From the human T2T-CHM13v2.0 reference genome, Homo sapiens, in NCBI RefSeq assembly GCF_009914755.1, contig NC_060942.1: DNA of 64,000 bases; one strand, given 5' to 3'. Under the pieces are notes generated by a model. The model saw only the letters and a list, made by a program, of their open reading frames with translations. It did not search any database and was not told where the DNA came from. The number at the start of each line of letters is the position of its first letter. The stretch's first letter is position 1. The translations under genes and the position numbers were made by a program. Shown piece after piece: positions 1 through 64,000 of this stretch.

Positions 1-262
<262 letters not shown>

Positions 263-767
263 TTAACCCAATATTCATTTCTACCTTCTTCCCTACTAAA
301 ACCTCCAGTTTCTACAGGGCATGATATATTCACCTACAAACTTCATTTCCCAAACTCCCTTGCAGCTAGGGTGGCTACTAGACGCAATTTTGGCCAATAA
401 GATGAAACAGAAGTCACTGGGTGAGAGCCTCTTAGAAAGTTCTTTTGCCCTTCACTCTTCCCCTTCTTCCTGCCTGGGGACTGTGGGCCCCGTCTGAGAA
501 GCAAGCATCCATTTTGCAATTATGATGTGATGAGCATGAGTGGAAGTCACACTATAGGGATAGATGGGTAAGGGGAGCGAAAGGAGTGTGAATCCCTGAG
601 GCATCATAGAACCTCAGTAACAGGCCTAGATGGATTGCCTGCAGACTTTTTATTCCTAGAGAAAAAATAAAGTCCTGTTTGGTTGTTACTGTGAGTTGGT
701 ATTTCTTGCAGTTACTTTCAGTGAATGTAATTCTAGCTGATACAATAGCTGGACAATCAAGACATGG

Positions 768-2755
<1,988 letters not shown>

Positions 2756-2853
2756 AAACATGAAATAAGAAATGAGAGGGCTCTGTGTAGAATGTCTGCA
2801 AAATGATGTGGAGTATACTATACAAACTATATAATTAACAAAAACCTGGAAGA

Positions 2854-3168
2854 GGCTGGACACAGTGGCTCATGCCTGTAATCCTAGCACTTTGGGAGGC
2901 CAAGGCAGGCAGATCACTTGAGGTCAGGAGTTTGCAGACCAGCCTGGCCAACATGGTGAAACCCCATCTCTACTAAAAAATACAAAAATTAGCCAGGCGT
3001 GGTGGTGCATGCCTGTAATCCCAACTACTCCGGAGGGTGAGGCACAAGAATCACTTGAACCCAGGAGGTAGAAGTTGCAGTGAGCCAAGATCATGCCACT
3101 GCTCTCCAGCCTGGGTGACAGAGCAAGACTCCATCTCAGAAAAAAACAAAACAAAACAAAACAAAAAC
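2854..3168 (+). mobile_element. AluS
   Basis: Full dimer; target-site duplication (TSD) aaaaacctggaagag. Confidence 0.9.
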
Positions 3169-3268
3169 CTGGAAGAGCTTAAAGATACAATAAAAGCATA
3201 GTCCCTTTTATCAACAACCACAAAAAATGAAAGGCAATTAAAAACTCCAGGAAAAACAAGCCAAAAAC

Positions 3269-4078
<810 letters not shown>

Positions 4079-4256
4079 TAAAAGCCAGCTTTTAGTATAA
4101 GCAAACCAAAATGTAGTATGATATTTGAGCAAATGGTACAGGATTTTGACCATTCTCTTTCAAATGTTCGAGTTCAGCAATGAAAGATTACATTTCTTTT
4201 TCCAAAGACTCAATCATTATATAGTTGTATATATTGTTAAAAATAGTAGTATTTTT

Positions 4257-4562
<306 letters not shown>

Positions 4563-4857
4563 GAAAATAATAGTATTTTAAACACTATATCCAAGATCAA
4601 GGTACCAGCTAAAAAGAAAAAAAGGAAAAAAAATTTTTTTATTGCTTTTTTTTAAAAAGGTGTGGTCTTGTTATGTTGCCCAGGCTAGTCTTGAGCTCCT
4701 GGGCTCAAGTAATTCTCCTGCCTCAGCCTTTCAAGTAGTTGAGACTATAGGTGCATACCACTGTGCCTGGCTTTAGTTTTCAAATTTTAGAATTAATCGT
4801 TACACAAGTCACTGAATTTATACTTATGGAATGTAAATGTCCTAAACCATAACAATG

Positions 4858-5318
4858 TGTATTAGTTAGTGTTCTCCAGAGAAAGAGAATATATATATTC
4901 CAAATATACATATATATATTCCAAATATACATATATATATATTCCAAAGAAATAGAATATATATATATGTCCACCATGTATACACACATGCTGGACACCC
5001 CAGAAAAGCCTGCATTTCAGTGTAGGTCTAAAGGCAGGGAAACAAACTGATGTCTGAATTCAAAGGCTGTCAGGCAGCCAGAATTCTCTTTTTTGCGGGG
5101 GAAGGTCAGCCTTTTTGTTCCATTCAGGCCTTTGTTCTATTCAGCTGATTGGATGAGGCCCACTCACATTAGGAAGGGTCATCTGCTTTACTCAGTTCAC
5201 TGATAAATGATAAATCATCCAAAAACATCCTCACAAACACACCCAGAATAGTGTTTGACCAAACACCTGGGCACACCCTGTGGCCCAGTCAAGTTGACAC
5301 ATTAAATTAGTCATCACA
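4858..5318. mobile_element. ERVL LTR (MLT2-like) containing a TA-rich repeat
   Basis: tgtattagt...ttctccagaga start; ggcccagtcaagttgacac...catcaca end. Confidence 0.75.
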
Positions 5319-5574
5319 CAATGTAATGGCAGGTAGGGAGGAGGGAGGAGAGAAGGGGAGGGCAGTATAAGGATCCACATCTCCCCATTTTATACAGTGG
5401 GGAGACACTAGAACTTCCTAGCCCTGATGGATTAAAAAATGTAATTCAATGGATATTATAAAAAGTTATGCAAGTAAATACTAGAAGAATGAAAAATATA
5501 ACAAAAATTGAGAGGTATGGAGGAAAAGAAAGTGAGAGGCAGATCAATGCATTAAATTCCTCATCTTCTTCTTC

Positions 5575-6247
5575 TTCTTATTATTATTTTTGAGACAGTC
5601 TTACTTTGTCACCCAGGCAGGAGTGCAGTGGCACAATGTTGACTCACTGCAATCTCTGTCTCCTGGGTTCAAGCAATTCTCCTGCATCAGCCTCCTGGGT
5701 AGCTGGGATTACAGGCGTGCACTACCACACCCAGCTAATTTTTGTATTTTTAGTAGATACGGGGTTTCACCATGTTGGCCAGGCTGGGCTTGAACTCCGG
5801 ACCTCAGGTGATCCGCCCGCCTCAGCCTCCCAAATTGCTGGGCATACAGGCATGAGCCACTGCGCCTGGCCATTTCTTATAGCAGGTGTGTTAGTCCGTT
5901 CTTGTGCTGCTATAAAGATATCCCCGAGGCTAGGTGATTTATAAATAAAAGAGGTTTAATTGGCTAGCAGTTCTGCAGGCTGTACAGGAAGCGTGGTGCC
6001 AGTGAAGAGGAGCTGACGTCTCACTTGGCAAGAGTTGGAACGAAAGAGAGAGTGGGGAGGAGGTGCCACAAGCAGATCTCAGGAGCGCTCACTCACTATC
6101 GGGAGGACAGCACCCAGGGAATGGCTCTAAACCATTCATGAGAAATTTGCCTCCATGATCCAGTCACCTCCAACCAGGCCCCACCTCCAATATTGGGGAT
6201 TACAATTCAACATGAGATTTGGAGGGGATAACATCCAAACTATATCC
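5575..6247. mobile_element. Alu (-, about 5575-5871) followed by MST-type MaLR LTR (about 5887-6247)
   Basis: Alu consensus; MST motifs tgttagtccgttcttg...caattcaacatgagatttgg. Confidence 0.8.
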
Positions 6248-6775
6248 TCAGGAAATAACAGATACTTCTGAAGCTGATAAAACAAGATAAGTATATGAGA
6301 GTTATGCTGTGACCATCAGGGCCAAAACCAGAAATTGGTAACAATGGTTTCTTCTGGGTCGTGCCACTGAGTATTGTTGGGGAAGAAGGAGAGATTTTTT
6401 TTTTCACTTGCTATTTTTCCATACTATTGAAATTCTTTAACATGCATGCATTTCTTTCATAATTACAATATAGTGTGATTTTATTTTGTAATTTTTGACT
6501 CCTTGGAGTTTGATAACTAGCTGGTCTGGGGAGCCATTGAGCTAGACAGTCTCTGGAAATGTTTCGGAGTTTAAAACTCCTGTGACCCCAGCAGAGTCAC
6601 AGGCAGGGGCGAAGTGCCTACTGGTAGTTCTGTGGGTTTTGATGTAAAAACAAGTCTTTAGATTTTTTTTTTTTTGCTTAAATGTTTGCTTAAATGATCT
6701 TCTAAGACAGCTAAATGCAATTAAAAGAACAATGTTTTGAGATTGCTTAATGAGTTTTTTAAAATACAAGTCTTG

Positions 6776-7087
<312 letters not shown>

Positions 7088-7333
7088 CAAGTTTTTATTT
7101 CCAATAAAAGTGAATTTAACTTATTTAATTTTATTTACAAATTATTCCCAGGTCTAGCTTTGACTTTAAAAAGTGAATTTTAAATGTTAAACATATGAAT
7201 TATTCTAATTTGTATTATAAACTTAAATTTTCCTCTGAAAATCAAATCAAAAGCAGGGAAAAGCATGCCAGTAATGAAAAGAAACCAAAACAGGTACAGC
7301 TTTGCATCCTTTCTTCAATTTAATGTTTAAAGA

Positions 7334-8359
<1,026 letters not shown>

Positions 8360-8923
8360 AACTGTGTCTTTGAAAAGACACAGCAGAAACATCTGTTACA
8401 TAAACAACAGAAATGAGGAAGAAAGTATCTGACTCAGTAGCAAAGGAAATCCACAGAAAGAATGTTCTGAGAACGGAAGCAATGATCAGACCAGGTAGGG
8501 ATATGATAGAAAGAAAATTCTCATCTAATTCAAATTCTGGCCAGTCCTTTTGGTGATTTCCATACTAATACTAGGCACTTTAAAATGTGAGTTCTGGTAA
8601 CACATGGAACCTCAAAGTAGAAATGTCTGTTGTTCATTTTTAAAAGACTATTTGCAGAGTTTTGATGTTTATCAATGAAAAGAGTTTTTTTTTTAAATTT
8701 ATGAAGAATAGGGAATCCTATATGGGCATGGGGCAAATAATCAAACTGTTTTAATGCAGAAAAAAATGTGCAACAGAAAGAGATAGCTCATGGAGGGATA
8801 AAGACTTTATTCTGGACCCTCTAGATTCTGTGGGGCCTGCAGTAGCTTCAAGATGCCCCAGCATGTCCTGCGCCCACACCCCTGTCAAGATCACTGTGGT
8901 CAGGGCGTCTTGCCCATGGCCAG

Positions 8924-9292
8924 TGTATTAGTCTGCTTGGGTTGCCACAACAAAATACCACAGACTGAGGTTGAAAACATTTATTTTCTCACAGTTTTGG
9001 AGGCTAGAAGTCCTAGATCAAGGTGCCAGCAGCGTTGCTTCCTCTGAGGCAGCTCTTCTTGGCCTGTAGGTGGCGCCTTCTTGCTGTGTCTTCACATGGG
9101 CGGCCCCTCAGTCTGTGTGTCTAGGTCCTAATCTTCTCTTATAAACACACCAGTCATACTGGATTAGGGTCCATCATTTTACCTTAACGGCCTATTTAAA
9201 GGCCTTATCTCCAAATACAGATGCATTTTGAAATACTAAGGGTTAGTACCTCAACATCTGAATTCTGGGGGGACACACTTCAACCCATAACA
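8924..9292. mobile_element. MLT1-type MaLR LTR
   Basis: tgtattagtctgc...aaaataccacagactg...tcaacccataaca. Confidence 0.75.
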
Positions 9293-9460
9293 TGCAGGCA
9301 GACCTCAATGCTGCTTGCAGACCCAAGGCGAACTGCACAACAATCAAGCCTGGCTCTTAGGACAAAAACATCTGCCAGAGTCAACCAAACTGAATTCTCT
9401 GGGAAGGACGAGATGCCTGGTGTCATAAAAAGACCATAGTCTTTTTTAAGTGTGATGCAT

Positions 9461-9507
9461 GCGCACACAGGCACGCACACACACACGCGCACACACACAC
9501 ACACACA
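9461..9507. repeat. Imperfect (CA)n microsatellite
   Basis: gcgcacacaggcacgcacacacac... Confidence 0.9.
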
Positions 9508-9910
9508 CTGCACTGCTGCCCTGTCCTTGGCAGACATTCCTGTGGGGTCATGTTCGAAATATGCACTTCTGTGGAGTAGCTTGGGTTTTCTTGGAAGTCT
9601 CTTTTTCTAAACTTGTACCTAAGCTGATGGCCTGTGCCTGCTTGGGCATGAGGGGTCGGAGTGGGGATGGGTCAAGACTGACTCCTGTTCACTGTGAAGT
9701 AGAGGAAGGCAGTGATAGCCAGACAGGGACGTGTGTTTAGGGAAGTCCTCTGTGTTTTCAGTTCTGTTTTTGTTTTGTTTTTATGATGGGAGAGATGAGC
9801 AAATATAAAGGCTGCTTCTAGGAGCAGGAGTGAGGAGAGGTTGCCTATATGAGAGAAACGGGATGGTCAATACTGTAGGTTTTTTTGAGAAGGTGAAATA
9901 TGGAATTCAT

Positions 9911-10759
<849 letters not shown>

Positions 10760-11509
10760 CAGGGTTTGGCCTTGGGCAGGATGGACCGTTTTCTAGAAAG
10801 ACAGCCGTGGTGCGCTGCACAACTGGTATGAAGCCCAGTTTCCATCTGAAGTCCTCGATGTTCATGGAAATAGGGGCGAGACAGTCTGAGGAGTGTGAAG
10901 AAGGCCTGAAAATATCCTTGCAGAGAACAGGAGAGACAATGACTGGGACAGCCAGGCAGGGCTGAGGGCCCATTTGAATTTCCCGCAGTGCCCTCTGTCC
11001 TGTTGTGTGACCCCTCCAGCAGTAGGTACTGGGAAAGCAGGTGGCTGAGTTCATCCAGGACTGAGGCTCTGCCAGACAAGAACAGTGCAGCAAGGATGTT
11101 GAAGGTAATGGCAAAAAATAACTGGAATGCAGAGAAATGAAATCAAAGCTGATGAGGAGGGAAGGGAAGAGAGGAGAGGGCAGATAGACTTGGGTAGAGA
11201 GGACAGAACAATGACAGGGCAAACTGGTGATGTTGAGGAAGAGTCACAGGGAGCAGCTAAACAAGCCAGCTGCAGGGATGGCACTGTGTGGCTGGAGAGC
11301 AGGGTTCTGGAGTTATCGGTTTTTCCATGTGTGACATGGGCCTGGGTGGGTGAGGCTGAGTGTAGAAGTCTTACATTTCCAGTCTTGTCACTCCTCTGAT
11401 GAGTTTCAGACCAATATATCCATCTGCCTAGATGTCATTTCTCCTTGGATTCACATGCTCCAAACCAAACTCCTGGGCTCAGACATCAAAGCCACTCAAA
11501 AATAGCTCT

Positions 11510-12545
<1,036 letters not shown>

Positions 12546-12609
12546 TCATGTTTCTTATCAAGTAAAAAGGCTTGCTGACCCACAATCTATATTAGGTTTC
12601 CCTGTTACT

Positions 12610-13171
12610 AGCAAGGAGTGAAGGATGTGCTATCCCAAAATATGTCCAAAAATTGGTATATTATTTTGAGCTAAAAACACCGGAGAAATTGTAGTTTCAG
12701 AAAGGGCTAGATGACCTGTCGTTTCCTACAGGGAATAAGCAGTAAAGATTCCTCTGGGAGTGGCACCCTCTCTGTACCCGGGTCAGAAAATAGCCCTTAT
12801 CACCAGAGACTGGGAGTTGGGGCTGCAACGGACCTGAATAAATGAACTTCCCAAGTAACACTTACCTTCCACTAATTTTACACCCTCCCCAATATTTCTC
12901 CTAGTGACTCTCTTAGAAATGTATCGCCCCAGCCAGATGCCTTTTGTGCTTTCTTCTCAAATGCATCATTCTTTGTCTAAAAAGTATAAAAGCATCTTGC
13001 TGTGGCCACTTCTTCAGACCTCACTCTCTTTTGAAGGTCCCCATGAAAAACTAATAAAGTGTGTATGCTTTTCTTTTGTTTATCTGCCTCTTGTCAATTC
13101 GGTTTCTGGCTCCAGCGGAAGAGCCCGCAGAAGCGCTGAGGGGACTGGAGACGGTCTCTGGCGCCCCTACA
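12610..13171 (+). mobile_element. ERV1 solo LTR (MER34/MER39-like) abutting the RMC1 CpG island
   Basis: cccaaaatatg...ttttgagctaaa start, internal AATAAA at about 13053, ends ...cccctaca. Confidence 0.6.
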
Positions 13172-13414
13172 CCTGCTCAGTGAGCCTTCAGCCCCTTCTC
13201 CCTGACGAAGCTCCCAGAGGCTGGAACTCTGGCGCGGGAGGCACTTGGGAAATCCTCCCGAAAGCAAGGAGGAGCCTTTCCTAGACCGGGAGCGGTCCCA
13301 CGCGGGGGTACAGGTTGGGGCAGGGGCGACCGAGCCGGGCACAGGAACTCGCAGCAGGGTAGGGTTGGCGGCTACGCCGCCCTCGGTCCGCGGGGAACCA
13401 CGCGGGCTTCCGGG

Positions 13415-13423
13415 TCACGCCAC
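13415..13423 (+). promoter_or_regulatory. SRE-like motif TCACGCCAC
   Basis: Matches SREBP consensus TCACNCCAC next to a GC box. Confidence 0.4.
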
Positions 13424-13541
13424 CGCGTTCCGACCGCCCTCGGGGAGAGGGGAGGAGCCTCCAGCGCCGGGCGGGGCGTGGTTAAGGCCGGTGGGCCCCA
13501 CCGCAGCCAGACGCTGCCCGTTTAAGCGCAGAGGGCCGCGG

Positions 13542-13550
13542 GTCACGTGG
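13542..13550 (+). promoter_or_regulatory. E-box / CLEAR-like element GTCACGTGG
   Basis: Matches the GTCACGTG core bound by TFEB/TFE3/MITF/USF; about 160 nt upstream of the ATG. Confidence 0.6.
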
Positions 13551-13707
13551 TGGGCGGGGTGGGGGCGTGGCACCAGGAAGCGGCGTCCGCGCCGGGCCCA
13601 GAGCCGCAGCCGCAGCCGCCGCTACAGTCCGGGCCGGGCTCCACCGCGCATCCTGCTCCACTCTGGCGACCGCCCCCGGGGCCCCCGCCGCGGGCGCGGC
13701 GCCCGCC

Positions 13708-41796
<28,089 letters not shown>

Positions 41797-41839
41797 AATC
41801 ACTTGCTGTTTTTTTATATAAAAATGTGTACAAAGTTAA

Positions 41840-41845
41840 TTTATT
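41840..41845 (-). terminator. NPC1: NPC1 proximal poly(A) signal (AATAAA on - strand)
   Basis: TTTATT on + strand, about 450 nt past the NPC1 stop. Confidence 0.6.
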
Positions 41846-41850
41846 GCATT

Positions 41851-41856
41851 AATAAA
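41851..41856 (+). terminator. RMC1: RMC1 poly(A) signal AATAAA
   Basis: First AATAAA, about 55 nt after the stop; upstream TGTA at 41827-41830. Confidence 0.75.
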
Positions 41857-42293
41857 GCTCTTTAAACTATAAAATGTTATAAAGTGTATCTACAACCTCA
41901 ACTGTCACTAAAAATATGGTATAGAACTTGTGGGATGGCTTACTCCTAAAAGGAGAGACAGACAGTGCATTGATTGGCCTTTACAGAGTGTCAGTGAGCG
42001 GATCACATTCACAGCCATCTAGTGTCACCTCCTGCTTGCCAAAGAATGAGGTTTCTTTCCTGAAGAGGCTGGGAGAAGTTTAGTGTCCTGTGGTTGCCTC
42101 CAGATCTAGTAATACTGCTTCCCAAGTCAACTGTGCATTCCTGAGTTCACAGGCGCTACGTTCAAAGCTGCTGCCAAACAACCGATGGTTGGCACCATCC
42201 GGTGTTCAACTTGGCCTTGCCGATGCAGCACCCGTCCAGTGGTAAACCGACCGACCCTTAGACACAGTTCAGTCAGGATGCCCTGCGAGAGGG

Positions 42294-61862
<19,569 letters not shown>

Positions 61863-62828
61863 TCAAGACATCAGGGACCTAAACATTTACACAGTGAACA
61901 TTTGATGAGGCTGGCTGTATTCTAAGGACAACATGGGCCCTGAGGTTTCTCAGTTGAGTAATACAGCTCAGCACTCACCTTTGGGAGCTCAGAATCACTG
62001 GGCAAGAGGCAGGCAAATACAGCCCAGTGCCATCAATGGCACATGGTGCATGGCGCTATGCAGGCACAGAGGAGGGAGCAAACACTAAAAGGCAAAATTA
62101 TAGCCAAGAGGAAGAGACTGTACAGACCCAGAGCTCCGAGGATGAGGGGGATTTCACCAAAGAGGGAGGACAAAAGGGTGTCTCACACAATTACAACTGT
62201 GGGAGGAAAAAGGGAGGGAGAGAGAACAGTGAGAGGGAATGAGAGCAAGATGGTGGTTTGGCAAGTCCTGTATGCCAGGTATGGTGGCACACCTAATCTC
62301 AAGTACTCAGGAAGCTGAGGCAGAAGGATGGCTATAACCCAGGAGTTTGAGTCCAGCCTGGACAACATAGCAAGATCCCATCTCTAAAAAAAAAATAATA
62401 ATAATTCAAAGAAAAGATGTCCTGTCCTAGAGCATGGGGTGCCCACCAAGGGGGCTCCTGAAGGAGGGGGCCAGTCTGGGAAGAGTAATGGACAGACAAA
62501 TGCAAAATAAAAGGACTCAGTGCCAGTTAAGTAGTTTGGATTTTTATTCTGGAGGCACTGGGGAACAATTAGAGATTTCCGGGAAAGAAATGTCATGAGC
62601 TGTTTTACAAAGATAGCTTGCGTGGCAAAGTGGAAGGTCTGGAAACGGCAAAGAAACAGGAAGCAGGTGGAACAGTAAGTGGAGATGTTAGCGCAATGGC
62701 CCAGGCAAGAGGCAACTGGCAGTGCAGTGCAGACAGACAGTTGGCCAGTGGAGAGTGAACCAGCATTTTCGGACAGACCATCAGCTACAACTTGGCCAGG
62801 TGCTGAGAAGCTTCTGCATATGACCCAC

Positions 62829-63022
62829 CCGTCAGAGTGGATGGGTGACGGCATGAGGGAGGTCAGGTGACCTGCAGCGAGCAGCTGAGTCCCTTCATCC
62901 ACAGCAGAAATCTGAGAGAGCATCCAGAGGCTCAGACCCGTAAGAACCCCATGAGGAAGGCGAGGGCGAGGCAGAATTCAGGGATAAAGCCTCAAGCCTG
63001 AGTAACTGGTAGCTGTCACTGC
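62829..63022 (-). other. NPC1: Latent 194-bp pseudoexon in NPC1 intron 9
   Basis: Acceptor ccattttgtttaaag/GCAGTGA, weak donor ACGG/gtgggt exactly 194 nt downstream. Confidence 0.8.
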
Positions 63023-64000
63023 CTTTAAACAAAATGGGGAGAAGAAGCAGGTAAGGGCATGGTTCTGGGCAGGCCACCTGCCATTACTGCAGGACCCTCA
63101 GGTGAAAAAGTCCAGGAAAAGCTGGAGGGAGAGGAAAGGGGACAGCGCTAGGGCGAGACTGGGGTTATGAGGACGCGCACAAGCATAACTACAAACCAAT
63201 TCAGGTCCCTGCCACCAGGAGCCTGCCACTCCCTGTACCGCTTCCACACTGGTGGGAACCACGTCCGCTTTGAGGAAACACAAGGCTCACGCACCTCTGT
63301 CCCCCATCATTTTTGTTGACTTTTATCTTGTGCCACAGAGAGTAAACTATAAAATTTATGTAACATTAAATGGTTGTCCAATTATAAAAATTATGTAACA
63401 TTAAATGTTTTTTGTTTCTTCAAATTACCCATGGCTCGTCTGCACCGTCTACCCTGTGGAGAATGCCGGTTTAGGGTATGGAGCATAAGCTATTGTGTTT
63501 TCATGAGTATAACTCATGTTTTTAGGGGTGATATTCTTGAAACAGAGTAAATATAGCCCAACTGCATAAAAAGTCTTACTCCAGTAACAAACAAACAGAA
63601 CTCAAGGTCAAAGTTCTTTAGAACCAGAAGTGAGAGTCCTTAGCTCTTGAGAAGTAGTCGGCTGAGCAGTGTCCTTAAAGGCAAAAAGGAATAATTTCTC
63701 TGTTCCCATGCTGAAGAAATAGCCACTGTGGTTGCTCAACTGGCTGAACAAATGTCCCTAGGCCAGGTCCCTAGCATTCAGGGAGAGTAGGCCCATCCGG
63801 CATCATGCTACTCTTCCCCTACTGGGAGAAGCCTTAAGATTCCCCTACAGGTCACCAAAGCACCGCTTCCTGGGGTGACTATTCCCAATTATAAACGCAC
63901 CCTGCCCAGCTAGACATGCCTCCTAAGGGAAGCAGCTGCAGGGCCCTCCAATCTAAAGCTGCGGAGCTGCAGACCTATACTGCCTCAACTCCTCAGAGGG

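Noticed and set aside
4889-4968. Repeated atatatattccaaatatac units
   Set aside because: TA-rich simple repeat inside an MLT2 LTR
10913-10920. ATATCCTT, a U12 AT-AC donor-like motif
   Set aside because: Upstream of the RMC1 promoter with no associated exon
62384-62923. 179-aa ORF in NPC1 intron 9
   Set aside because: No recognisable homology, ends in an Alu tail; only the splice-defined pseudoexon is supported

Overview
Primate, almost certainly human, genomic DNA from the 18q11 locus. It holds two convergent genes. (1) The complete RMC1 (C18orf8/MIC1) gene is on the + strand: CpG-island promoter at about 13.2-14.3 kb and 20 coding exons (13708-41796) that I spliced by hand into an intact 657-aa ORF. 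(2) NPC1 exons 10-25 are on the - strand (61821-42294), with intact frames and canonical GT-AG junctions. The first 13 kb and most introns are Alu/L1/LTR/DNA-transposon sequence. I found no new gene system; this is a known locus. The most notable sequence-level observations are: a U12-type (minor spliceosome) intron in RMC1 that appears to end in GG instead of AG; two consensus U12 branch motifs on the wrong side of that intron's donor; bidirectional poly(A) signals that set how far the NPC1 and RMC1 3' ends overlap; a latent 194-bp NPC1 intron-9 pseudoexon; a 5' splice site regenerated at the RMC1 exon 5/6 junction; SRE and CLEAR motifs in the RMC1 promoter; and several templated-insertion/template-switch scars. 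Gene and repeat identities come from recognition, not database searches; repeat boundaries are approximate.
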